A DNA stretch of 64,000 bases from the NCBI GenBank assembly GCA_042216105.1, contig JBDGUF010000015.1, positions 22,210-86,209 on the forward strand, read 5' to 3'. The DNA is from Halorientalis sp. (GTDB lineage: Archaea > Halobacteriota > Halobacteria > Halobacteriales > Haloarculaceae). Both the position numbers and the translations under genes were made by a program. Position 1 is the stretch's first letter; every line of letters starts with the position of its first letter. A model generated the notes under the pieces. It was not told the origin of the DNA. It searched no databases and saw only the letters and a program-made list of their open reading frames with translations. Of the stretch, positions 38,502-48,043 are shown in pieces.

Positions 38502-39089
38502 ATGGTATCCTGGTCGTTCGCACAGGCCTCGGTGCTGGGGCAGAATCTGGCCCTGCTCCTCGTGGTCGCGGGGGCGGGGCTGGTCGTCGCCGAGGCGCTG
38601 GCCCCCGGTGCCCACTTCATCGTCCTGGGGGTGGCCCTCCTCGTCGCCGGCATCGCCGGCCTCCTGTTGCCGGCCGGTATCGGCATCTTCGCGCCGCTGG
38701 TGCTGGCGGCGCTCGTGCTGGTCGTCGGCGGGATCACCCTCTATGGCTACCGCCAGTTCGACTTCTACGGCGGGAAGGGGTCGGGTCAGACGAGTTCCGC
38801 CGACGATCTGCGTGGCCAGACCGGCCGCGTCACCGAGCGGGTCACCGAGACGGGCGGGGAAGTGAAACTCGACGACGGCGGGTTCAACCCCCACTACCGG
38901 GCCCGCAGTATCGACGGCGAGATCGCCGAGGGCACCGAGATCATCGTCATCGACCCCGGCGGGGGCAACGTCGTCACCGTCGAGGCCATCGAGGACATCA
39001 CCGACGATATCGACCGCGAACTCGCCGCGGAAGCCCGCGAACGCGAGACCGAGACGGCCGAACCCGACGCCGATCCGGACACGGCCTGA
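38502..39089 (+). CDS. NfeD-family membrane protein (short form)
   Basis: Three TM segments followed by OB fold GQTGRVTE..GEVKL..YRARS..IAEGTEIIV. Confidence 0.85.
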   Translation: MVSWSFAQASVLGQNLALLLVVAGAGLVVAEALAPGAHFIVLGVALLVAGIAGLLLPAGIGIFAPLVLAALVLVVGGITLYGYRQFDFYGGKGSGQTSSADDLRGQTGRVTERVTETGGEVKLDDGGFNPHYRARSIDGEIAEGTEIIVIDPGGGNVVTVEAIEDITDDIDRELAAEARERETETAEPDADPDTA

Positions 39090-39651
39090 CCGCCGACGGA
39101 CGCCCACTCCTCCCCCGCGAAGTCGGTCCGATTCTTCGATTCGTTGCCGGACCAAGAGTGAAGTTGGACGAACATTTTCTTTTCTTCGATACATCCAGGT
39201 CGGTTAAACAGTAGTTCACGATATTACTTTCCTTATACCCAATATTTATTACACTGACCAATCATACGTGTAGATGTAATGTCCAAGCGACGACGGGCGT
39301 ACAGGAACTTGAGGTGCGTCGCACGTTCGGTCAGTTCCCGTGCGGCGAGAGGGGTCGCCGACCCGACCGGCACCGGGAGGTGGTCGACGAGGTAGGCAGG
39401 ACACATTGCGCTGTCAGCGACCACCTGGCTGGTCACCACTGGTGTCAGTGGTTCCGTCGTTCACGAGTGTTGCGAGTCCCCACGTCGACCCGTCACACTC
39501 CGGTTTCGCTCCCCAACCCAACCATCACGGAACCACCGTTTCCGGCTGTACCCGTCCGCGGACTCGTGTTCGCCCGCAGTGTCCACCGGGCGAGACCGCG
39601 GAATCTCGCCGGACCGAACCCTTTTCTATTGTTCGTCCGAAAACTGTGCCA

Positions 39652-40827
39652 ATGCTCCCCGCGACAGTCCTGGCACTCGGCGGCGGCGTCGTCAGCATCG
39701 TCCTGTTGCTGGTGTTGTTGCTCGCCGTGGTCACCGTCTACCAGATGGTCGAGATCGTCGACGCGACCGAGAAACGCGCCCTGACGGTGTTCGGCGAGTA
39801 CCGCAAGCTCCTCGAACCGGGCATCAACTTCGTCCCGCCCTTCGTCTCGCAGACGCACGCGTTCGACATGCGGACCCAGACGCTGGACGTGCCCCGGCAG
39901 GAGGCGATCACCCGCGACAACTCGCCGGTGACCGCCGACGCCGTCGTCTACATCAAGGTGATGGACGCGAAGAAGGCCTACCTGGAGGTCGACGACTACA
40001 AACGGGCCGTCTCCAACCTCGCCCAGACCACCCTCCGTGCCGTTCTGGGCGACATGGAACTGGACGACACCCTGAACAAGCGCCAGGAGATCAACGCCAA
40101 GATCCGCAAGGAACTGGACGAACCCACCGACGAGTGGGGGATCCGCGTCGAGTCCGTCGAGGTCCGCGAGGTCAACCCCTCCCAGGACGTCCAGCAGGCC
40201 ATGGAGCAACAGACCTCCGCGGAACGCCGCCGCCGCGCGATGATCCTCGAAGCGCAGGGTGAACGCCGCTCCGCCGTCGAGAAGGCCGAAGGTGACAAGC
40301 AGTCCAACATCATCCGCGCACAGGGGGAGAAGCAGAGCCAGATCCTCGAAGCACAGGGTGACGCCATCTCGACGGTCCTGCGGGCCAAGTCCGCCGAGTC
40401 GATGGGCGAACGCGCCGTCATCGAGAAGGGGATGGAGACGCTGGAGAACATCGGGCAGGGCGAGTCGACGACCTTCGTCCTGCCCCAGGAACTGACCTCG
40501 ATGGTCGGCCGCTACGGCAAACACCTCACCGGCAGCGACGTGCAGTCCGACGGCGAGGGTACCCTCGACAGCCTGGAGTTCGACAGCGAGACCCGCGAGA
40601 TGCTCGGTCTCGACAACATCGAGGAGATCCTCGGCCAGATCGACAAGGAGGCCGAGGTCGACGTCGAGGCCATGGAGGAACAGGCCAAGGCCGTCAAGCA
40701 GGGCGACAACCCCGCGGACATCAAAGACCCCGACGACGTCATCGACGAGATGGACGACGACTTCGAGACCGGCGGTGGCGGCGGGACGGGCGTCGACGAC
40801 GGCGACGGGGAATCGGAGGACAAGTAG
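39652..40827 (+). CDS. SPFH/band 7 stomatin-like protein
   Basis: N-terminal TM, LEPGINFVPPF, AITRDN, AQTTLRAVLG, WGIRVESVE, AERRRRA..AQGE. Confidence 0.93.
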   Translation: MLPATVLALGGGVVSIVLLLVLLLAVVTVYQMVEIVDATEKRALTVFGEYRKLLEPGINFVPPFVSQTHAFDMRTQTLDVPRQEAITRDNSPVTADAVVYIKVMDAKKAYLEVDDYKRAVSNLAQTTLRAVLGDMELDDTLNKRQEINAKIRKELDEPTDEWGIRVESVEVREVNPSQDVQQAMEQQTSAERRRRAMILEAQGERRSAVEKAEGDKQSNIIRAQGEKQSQILEAQGDAISTVLRAKSAESMGERAVIEKGMETLENIGQGESTTFVLPQELTSMVGRYGKHLTGSDVQSDGEGTLDSLEFDSETREMLGLDNIEEILGQIDKEAEVDVEAMEEQAKAVKQGDNPADIKDPDDVIDEMDDDFETGGGGGTGVDDGDGESEDK

Positions 40828-40919
40828 CAGCGCCCTCGCAGACGACGTCGACGGACGGCGCGTCCATCAGCGAATGACTAGTCGAAGCCGTTTTATCTCC
40901 GTCTCACCAAGCCGCGAGT

Positions 40920-41525
40920 ATGCCCGAGGAGGGGGTGGACGAGTCCAAGCGGTCGACGCTGCGCCGGTTCGCAGCCATCGGCGCGGCCAGCCCCCTCGCC
41001 CGGTTCCAGTCCGACGACACCAGCGACAGCGACGCGCCCGACGCCATCGCGGGCTACGTCGCCGCGACGCCGGGCGCACACTTCTCGAAGCTCCGTGACG
41101 ACCTGCAACTGGGGACCGGCGAGACCCAGCACCACCTCCGTCGGCTGGTCCGGGACGGCGTGATCGAGAGCCGGAAGGACGGCGACTACCGCCGGTACTT
41201 CCCGGCCGGTCGCTTCTCCGAATTCGAGCAGGTGGCGCTGGGGTACCTGCGCCGGGAGACGCCGCGGGGAATGCTCATCGCCCTGTTGCGCGATCCGGCC
41301 TCGACCGCGAGCGGGCTGGCCGACGAACTGGGCGTCTCGACGCCGACGGTCAGCAAGTACGCGAGCGAGCTGGAGACGGCGGGCCTGCTCTCGCGGACCG
41401 ACGGGTACGCCGTCGAACGACCGGAGACGATCACGCTCTTGCTCGTGCGGTACGCCGACTCCTTCGGCCCGGACGCCGCGGCGTTTGCGGCCGAGGCCGA
41501 CCAACTGCTCACCTACGACGGCTGA
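40920..41525 (+). CDS. Double winged-HTH transcriptional regulator
   Basis: PGAHFSKLRDDL..GETQHHLRRL and ASGLADELGVSTPTVSKY. Confidence 0.85.
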   Translation: MPEEGVDESKRSTLRRFAAIGAASPLARFQSDDTSDSDAPDAIAGYVAATPGAHFSKLRDDLQLGTGETQHHLRRLVRDGVIESRKDGDYRRYFPAGRFSEFEQVALGYLRRETPRGMLIALLRDPASTASGLADELGVSTPTVSKYASELETAGLLSRTDGYAVERPETITLLLVRYADSFGPDAAAFAAEADQLLTYDG

Positions 41526-41529
41526 TCGC

Positions 41530-41781
41530 TCAGGTCGTGACTTTCCAGGTCGTCGAGGAGGAGTAGCCCCACTTCTCGACGTCGACGTCGAAGTCGCCGT
41601 CCCGGATCGCGGGCATGTTGGTGCCGACCTCCTTGGCGGACATGTCGAGCGCGTCGCCGATGAGCCGGGACTTGAAGTAGGTCTGGGTGTCGGCGTTCTC
41701 GCGGAGGTACTCGAGGATGCGGGACTGCTTCTCGGAGAGGCTGGTTCCCGTCTGGGTCGTCGCGGTCGCGGTCGCGCTCAT
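41530..41781 (-). CDS. DUF7123-like small winged-helix protein
   Basis: RILEYL, YFKSRLI, SAKEVG, VEKWGYSSSTTWKV. Confidence 0.85.
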   Translation of the reverse strand: MSATATATTQTGTSLSEKQSRILEYLRENADTQTYFKSRLIGDALDMSAKEVGTNMPAIRDGDFDVDVEKWGYSSSTTWKVTT

Positions 41782-41925
41782 ACGAACCGGTAGGGTCGGG
41801 TTCCCTTTACCGGGTTTGGTACGGACGGTTAACCGGTCGCTGTCGTGCGGTTTTCCGCGTTCGGGAGAGAGAGAACGGAGCGGAACGGCAGCCGAGGCGG
41901 GTACGCTGGTACGGGCGGGTAACGG

Positions 41926-42324
41926 TCAGATGTCCTCTTCGATGATCTCACCGACCGCGAAGTTGGACTTGACTTCGGTGACCTCGACTTTGACGCGTTC
42001 CCCGATCTCGGCACCGGGAACGATGATGACGTAGCCCCGTTCCACGCGGGCGATCCCGTCGCCCTGTTTGCCGATGTCCTCGATCTCGACGTAGCGGATC
42101 TCCCCGGCCTCGACCGGTGGCTGGGGCTCCGAGGACGGGGCTTCGGCGTCGTCGCTCTCGGTTCCCTCCTCGCGGTCGCGCTCGATGAGCGCGACGCGGT
42201 AGGTGTCGCCGGCCTCGATGGAACCGGTGTCGAGTTCGCGCTGTGGCACCTCGATCACGTACCCGTCCTCGCTGGGCTCGACTTCGGCGCTGAACAAACA
42301 CAGGAGCTTATCAGATATCTCCAA
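41926..42324 (-). CDS. TRAM-domain protein
   Basis: PPVEAGE, IEDIGKQGDGIARVERGYVIIVPG; TTG start. Confidence 0.9.
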   Translation of the reverse strand: MEISDKLLCLFSAEVEPSEDGYVIEVPQRELDTGSIEAGDTYRVALIERDREEGTESDDAEAPSSEPQPPVEAGEIRYVEIEDIGKQGDGIARVERGYVIIVPGAEIGERVKVEVTEVKSNFAVGEIIEEDI

Positions 42325-42403
42325 GGTCAGACCTCCATGGGCATGTGGGCGGCCTACAGTAAAGAACTTGCCCGTGGCTCGGCCCCGAGAGCGGGGTTCA
42401 CAC

Positions 42404-43087
42404 TCAGTCCAGCGGCGTTCCGTCCGGCCGCTTCTGTCCCTCCGAGTCGTGGACGACGACCTCGCCCGGCTCCGTGTCGACCGGCTCGTAGGCCTCCCGG
42501 ACCGCGATGGCCTCCTCGATCTCCCGGATCGCGCGCTCTTTCAGCGCCGCGGCCAGCTCCTCGGCCGCCTCGCGGTCGATGTCCCGGCCCAGCCCCTCGC
42601 ACTCGTGGGCGCGGACCATCCCCTGCTCGTCGACGGCCTCGCCCATCGGCTGGCTCGTCCCGCCCAGCGCGACGGAGAACGGGTAGGTCCGACAGATCAG
42701 CGGGCGATCCCCGTGGACCGTACAGGCTCCGGTGCCGGACTCGTCTTCCGCGTAGAAGGTGCAGTCGCCACAGTCGTCGGTCTGCAGTGCCCACTCGAAG
42801 GTCTCGCCCTCCGGACCGTCTGGCCCGTCGTCGAGCCCGTAGGGCATCGGCCGGGCCACGTCCCGGAAGTCGTAGTCGCCGGCGTCCTGCAACCGGCGGA
42901 TCTCGTCGGGGAAGACGGTGGCCGTGTGGGGTTCGGCGTCGGCGGCCCCGCCGTCACTGCCGCAGGCCTCGGCTTTACAGCAGGCCCCACAGCGCGTACA
43001 CTCGAAGCCGATCGTCTCGATGGCGTCGGCCAGCTCGGCCACGTCGAGGTCGCGTGCCCGGTCGAGTTCGGCTTCGAGACTCTCCAC
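42404..43087 (-). CDS. YkgJ-family cysteine-cluster (CxxCxxCC) protein
   Basis: FECTRCGACC, DCTFY, CTVH..RPLICRTYPF, CEGLG. Confidence 0.88.
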   Translation of the reverse strand: MESLEAELDRARDLDVAELADAIETIGFECTRCGACCKAEACGSDGGAADAEPHTATVFPDEIRRLQDAGDYDFRDVARPMPYGLDDGPDGPEGETFEWALQTDDCGDCTFYAEDESGTGACTVHGDRPLICRTYPFSVALGGTSQPMGEAVDEQGMVRAHECEGLGRDIDREAAEELAAALKERAIREIEEAIAVREAYEPVDTEPGEVVVHDSEGQKRPDGTPLD

Positions 43088-43280
43088 ACCTCCGGTTACC
43101 CGTCGGGAGAGAAAAGATCCGCGACTCGATACGACGCGGATCTCCGACGGGACGGCGACGACGCGTCGCCCGAGCGTCGCCGCCGCTCACCGGTCGGATC
43201 GGCGACGTGTGGACGATGTGGCGCGTGGTACCGCCCGCCTCCGTTCAACTTTTATCACCTGTCGTGTCGATTGGGTACCC

Positions 43281-43957
43281 ATGAGTTCCGACGATCCGTC
43301 GGGTGCGGACGACGACCCCGGAGGACAGGCGGAAAATCAGAACCGTGGACAGGCCGGTGGGCGACCCGGGCAGACGAGTTCCGGACCGGGCGACTCGGAC
43401 CGCGGACAGCGGGGCCAGGGCCAGCCCGGTCAGGGCGGACAGCCGGGAGCCGATCAGGGTCGTGCACAGCCGGTCCAGACCGGGCCGAGCGCGACCGACG
43501 TGTTGAGCCGGCCGGCCAGTCGGTGATCAAGTACGTCGTCGGTATATTCGCCGTCGTCGGCGTCGGTATCGGCCTCACCGCCGTCCTCGCGAACGCCCTG
43601 CTCAACGTCGGTACGGGGTTCCTCGGCGGCGTCGTCGTGCTGATGGCGTTCGGCGTCGCGGTGTTCGGGGGGAGCATCCTGGCGGCCGTCATCGGCCTCC
43701 AGGACTTCCTCCAGATCGGCGAGGTCGACAACCAGACGTACGTCCTCGCGTTCGCCAGCAACGCCGCGGGCTTTCTCGTGATGGGCATCATCGTGGCGAT
43801 CTTCGTCTCCATCGCCATGGGAAGCGGCGGTGGAGCCGGCGGGGGCGGCCTGGGTAACTACATCGTCGGCGCGATCATCATGGCGATTCCGGCCGGATTG
43901 GTCGCGGCCGGCATCACCTGGCTCCGCGACTGGGAGCAGGGTATCGCGACGAACTGA
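43281..43957 (+). pseudogene. Membrane protein with G/Q-rich N-terminus, split by a frameshift at ~43515 (or two coupled ORFs 43281-43526 and 43523-43957)
   Basis: MSSDDPSG...VLSRPASR* continues in another frame as QSVIKYVVGIF... with 4 TM helices; the break lies in GCCGGCCGGCC. Confidence 0.6.
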
Positions 43958-44069
43958 GGGGGTCGATCCACGCTTCTCGACGAACCGACGCGGCCGCCCG
44001 GCACGTCGCCGGGCCGTCCCGGGCCGGATCGCGACGAGCACCACCGTCGGACGGCCACGACGACGGCGA

Positions 44070-45152
44070 TCAGTCGTCTCCGGTAGCGGCCACGTCACTG
44101 GCGCTGGGGCTGTCCCCGCCGTGGGGTGTGTCCCGTCGCCGGATCCGGGCAGCGTGGACCGTCTCCGTCGAGTCGTCGATCACGACGACCTCGCCGGTGT
44201 CGGTCGGCATCCGGTCGTCGTCGGCCAGCGTGTCGTCCACGTAGGTCGGCTGGGCCGCCTGCAGGGCCGCGAGATCCGCCTCCGCGGTCAGGCGGTGGGA
44301 GATCACCACGTCCGACTGGGAGATCGCCACGTCCGGCACCGCGCTCGGGCGCTGGGTCGCCATGACGAGACTGACGCCGGGCGCGCGGCCGCGCGTGAGG
44401 ATCGTCTCCAGCGACGACCGGGCGACTCCCTCGAAGAAGGTGTGGGCTTCGTCGAGCAACAGCCACGGCAGGCGGTCGGCGGTCCCGGTCTCGCGGGCCC
44501 GATACAGCGCCTCGCCGATCCCGCGGGCCACGGCGTTCATCGGATCGGTGGCCATCCCCGCGACGTCGATCACCGTGACCTCCGGGCCCGCCAGGTCCGT
44601 GGCCGTCAGCCCGTCGGCGTCGAACACGCCCCACGACTCGGCCATCGTGACGTGGTTGATCGCCGCCCGCCTGTCGGAACCCGGGGCGTCCGTCGCGTCG
44701 ACGTGATCGCACATTCCGTCGAGCGTGTCGGCTTCGCTCGCGGCCCGCCAGACGAGGCCGCCGGCCCCCGACTCGGGCGGGAGCCCCAGCAACGCACACC
44801 ACGACCGCGGGTCCAGCGCCGCGGGCGCGACCGTCGGCTCCTCGATCACCTCGGCCGCTACCGGGGCCGCGCCGTCCCGGACCGGCCGGGACAGGGTCGC
44901 GAACACGTCCATCGGGTCGACGACGACGGGCGCGACGCCGGGGGCCCGCGCCAGCGACTCGGCGACGACCCCCAGCGTGTAGGACTTCCCGTACCCGCGC
45001 TTGCCGACGATCGTGGCGGCGTGGGGGCCGTCGAGGTCCAGATGCAGCGGTGCCCCCGCGCTCCCGTCCAGCGCCCGGTAGGCACCGAGGTGGCCCGACG
45101 GTCCCGCGTCGACGCCCCGGTCGCGGCCGACGACGAACTCCTGATCTGTCAC
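44070..45152 (-). CDS. HerA/FtsK-like (DUF87) P-loop ATPase
   Basis: GKRGYGKSYT, VVVDP, LLLDEAH, RGRAPG, ATQRPS. Confidence 0.85.
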   Translation of the reverse strand: MTDQEFVVGRDRGVDAGPSGHLGAYRALDGSAGAPLHLDLDGPHAATIVGKRGYGKSYTLGVVAESLARAPGVAPVVVDPMDVFATLSRPVRDGAAPVAAEVIEEPTVAPAALDPRSWCALLGLPPESGAGGLVWRAASEADTLDGMCDHVDATDAPGSDRRAAINHVTMAESWGVFDADGLTATDLAGPEVTVIDVAGMATDPMNAVARGIGEALYRARETGTADRLPWLLLDEAHTFFEGVARSSLETILTRGRAPGVSLVMATQRPSAVPDVAISQSDVVISHRLTAEADLAALQAAQPTYVDDTLADDDRMPTDTGEVVVIDDSTETVHAARIRRRDTPHGGDSPSASDVAATGDD

Positions 45153-45257
45153 GTCGAGGGGTGGCCCCCGCTTCGTATTTCAAGGCTCGCACGCCCGGCC
45201 GTCGGCGACGGTGAGCCGACCGAAAGGTACGTGATCCGGGCGGTCGAGGGGACGGAC

Positions 45258-47027
45258 GTGCTTCCGACCACGCTCTGGCCCGTGGTCGGCTCGTTCGCCG
45301 CGGCCGCCGGCACGCTCGCGCTGGGCTACTCGCTCCGGTCGGTCCGGGACCGGCCGGGCGCGACGTGGTTGCTCGCGGTACTGGGCGTCCAGTTCGCGTT
45401 GACCGCCGGCTACGGCGTCGGCTACCTCGTCACCGACTACTGGCTCCGCTGGGCCGTCGAGGTCCTGTTCTGGGTGGCCTACATCTGGCTCGGCGCGCTC
45501 TTCATCGCCTTCGCGCTGGCCTACACCGGTCGGTCCCACGTCATCCGCTCGCCGTGGTTCAAACTGCTGGCCGGGCTGACCGTCCTGTTGTCCCTGCTGG
45601 TTGTGACCAACCCCGTCCACGAACTCGTCTGGGCGGACTTCCACGTCGTGGAAACCTGGGGGCTCGCGGCCGTCGCGTTCACCCGTCACGGCGGTGCCTT
45701 CCTGATCCTGGGCGTCACCAGCATCGGGACCGCCGTCGGGACCCTGTTGCTGGTGGACACGATCATCAGCTACGGCGACCTCTACCGGGGCGAGGCGCTC
45801 GCGGTCGCACTCAGCCCGCTCCCGCCGGGGATCGGCCTGATCGCCTGGACCTTCGGGGTCGTCCCCGCGCCGGGGATCAACGTCGCGCCGGTCCTCTTCC
45901 TGGCCCACGTCGCCTTCGACGCCTACGCGTTCGTCGGCAGCGGCATGTTCGACTTCCACCCCGCGACCCGACGGGCCGGCAACCGGGCGGCCATCGCCGA
46001 CCTCGGGAACCCGGTCGTGATCGTCGACGAACGCCACCGCGTCGTCAACTACAACCCGGCCGCGGAGGAGACGCTCGGGCTGGGCGACCGCGACGTGCTG
46101 ACGGAACCGTTCGCCGCCTGCTACGAGGGCGACGAGATCGATCCCACGGCGACCGAACAGGACGCGACGATACGGACCGAGGCGGGGCGGCGGACGTTCA
46201 AGGTCACCTCGACCGACCTGGACGGGGAGACCGGCGCACACCTGGGGTACACGCTCGTCTTCCAGGACATCACCGCCGAGCGTCAGCGCGAACAGCGCCT
46301 GGCCGTCCTGAACCGCGTCCTCCGGCACAACCTCCGCAACGACCTCACCGTCGTCGGCATGAACGTCGACGCCGCGGCCGAGCGCGCCGACGCGGACGTG
46401 GCCGACCTGCTCGACCCCGCCCGACGGAAGGTCGAGGGACTGGTCGAACTCAGCGAGAAGGCCCGCACGTTCGAGCGAGTCGTCGAGGACGACGCCGAGT
46501 CGGTGGTCGCCGTCACGGACGTGGTCGCGGAGGAAGTCGCGAACCTCCGGGAGGAGTTCCCGGACGCGACCGTCGAGGTCGACGGCACCGACGACGCCCT
46601 GCTCCGGCTCAATCCGACCCTCCTCGCGGTCGTCGTCCGCGAACTCGTCGAGAACGCCCTGGAACACGGAACGCGCGAGGACGGGACGGGAACCGGCGAC
46701 GAAGAAGGCGACGACGCGGAACCGGACGTGACGGTCACGGTGGCGGCCGAGGACGACGCGGTAACCGTGACCGTCCGCGACCGCGGGCCGGGCGTGCCCG
46801 ACCACGAACTGGCCGTCATCGAGGACGGCGACGAGACGGACCTCGAACACGGGAGCGGCCTCGGACTCTGGCTGGTCACCTGGGGCGTCAGCGCGGCCGG
46901 CGGCGAGGTCGCGTTCGACGTGGCCGACCCGGGGACGGTCGCGACCGTCCGGTTCCCCGTCGTCGGCGTCGACGACGCCGCGTCCGAGTCGACCGGGGAC
47001 GACGGCGGATCGGCGGCCGAGGACTGA
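45258..47027 (+). CDS. Sensor histidine kinase, 7TM plus PAS and HATPase
   Basis: TM region, FQDIT, H-box LRHNLRNDL, ELVENALEH, DRGPGV, HGSGLGLWL. Confidence 0.9.
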   Translation: MLPTTLWPVVGSFAAAAGTLALGYSLRSVRDRPGATWLLAVLGVQFALTAGYGVGYLVTDYWLRWAVEVLFWVAYIWLGALFIAFALAYTGRSHVIRSPWFKLLAGLTVLLSLLVVTNPVHELVWADFHVVETWGLAAVAFTRHGGAFLILGVTSIGTAVGTLLLVDTIISYGDLYRGEALAVALSPLPPGIGLIAWTFGVVPAPGINVAPVLFLAHVAFDAYAFVGSGMFDFHPATRRAGNRAAIADLGNPVVIVDERHRVVNYNPAAEETLGLGDRDVLTEPFAACYEGDEIDPTATEQDATIRTEAGRRTFKVTSTDLDGETGAHLGYTLVFQDITAERQREQRLAVLNRVLRHNLRNDLTVVGMNVDAAAERADADVADLLDPARRKVEGLVELSEKARTFERVVEDDAESVVAVTDVVAEEVANLREEFPDATVEVDGTDDALLRLNPTLLAVVVRELVENALEHGTREDGTGTGDEEGDDAEPDVTVTVAAEDDAVTVTVRDRGPGVPDHELAVIEDGDETDLEHGSGLGLWLVTWGVSAAGGEVAFDVADPGTVATVRFPVVGVDDAASESTGDDGGSAAED

Positions 47028-47183
47028 CGACCCACCGGTGCGGTCGAGGCGATCCCCGCCGGCCAGTTCCCGGAAGAACCGATTCCGAGACCGACCGACG
47101 TGAAGCCGAAGGGTCGGGGTCCGGTGGTCGTCGACACTCGCCGGGAAACGAACGGTTTTGTTCGCGGCGACCGTGTGTGAGAT

Positions 47184-47588
47184 ATGACCGAGACACCAGT
47201 GACCGAGACACCAGTCGGCGAGATCATGACGACGCCGGTGTTGACCGTCGCGCCGGACGAGACGCTGTCGGACGCCGCGTGGGCGATGCGGGACACGGAG
47301 ATCAAGTCCGTCGCCGTCATCGACGCGGACTGTGACCCGGTGGGCATCCTCACGTCGACGGACTTCGTCCAGCTGGCCGCCGACGACGTGGCCCCCTCCG
47401 AGACCACCGTCGAGGAGTACATGACGACGACCGTCGAGACGGTCTCGCCCGACACGACCGTCGCCGACGCGGCGACGCACCTCCTCGACGGCGGATTCAA
47501 CCACGTTCCCGTCGTCGACGGCGACGTGGTGGGGATACTGACCACGACGGACATCCTGCGTCACACGACCGGGTCGACGACCGCCTGA
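47184..47588 (+). CDS. CBS-domain pair protein
   Basis: VGEIMT.PV, GILTSTD, VEEYMT, VVGILTTTD. Confidence 0.9.
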   Translation: MTETPVTETPVGEIMTTPVLTVAPDETLSDAAWAMRDTEIKSVAVIDADCDPVGILTSTDFVQLAADDVAPSETTVEEYMTTTVETVSPDTTVADAATHLLDGGFNHVPVVDGDVVGILTTTDILRHTTGSTTA

Positions 47589-47632
47589 TCGCGGGGCGAG
47601 ATTTATCAGCGTCCAGTCCCTGATGCGTGAGT

Positions 47633-47833
47633 ATGTGTCACGGACTCGCACCGGGATTCATCCTGCGCGACGAGATCGCCGAGGAGCTGCTGGAAGAAGT
47701 CGAGGAGGAAGCCGGGACAGGGACCACAGCCGAGGGAACGCCGTCGTTCGCGACCGACGACGAACCGGCGGGCGAGGCGCTCACGGGCGGTGCCACGGAC
47801 CGGTCCGACCGGCCCACCGGCGGCCCGACGTGA
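47633..47833 (+). CDS. Small acidic hypothetical protein
   Basis: MCHGLAPGFILRDEIAEELLEEVEEE...; TTTATC about 30 nt upstream. Confidence 0.55.
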   Translation: MCHGLAPGFILRDEIAEELLEEVEEEAGTGTTAEGTPSFATDDEPAGEALTGGATDRSDRPTGGPT

Positions 47834-48043
47834 GTCCGTCGGGCGGGCCGGCCGGTCATCCGGGTGAGGGCGCGTAGCCCGGGCCGACGCGCTCGGGGTC
47901 GCCCCCCGGACGCGCTGGGCAACGCCGTCACCGAGTACCGCGAGAGCCGCGAGGAGCGGACCGCCGAACTCGCGGGCTGACGTGTGGTCGGCGTCCGAGT
48001 CACCGACACACTCATCACATTCTGTCTCCTTCCATCCGACACG

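Noticed and set aside
47186-47215. 15-bp tandem duplication GACCGAGACACCAGT at the CBS gene start
   Set aside because: In-frame local duplication (TETPV twice) with no evident consequence
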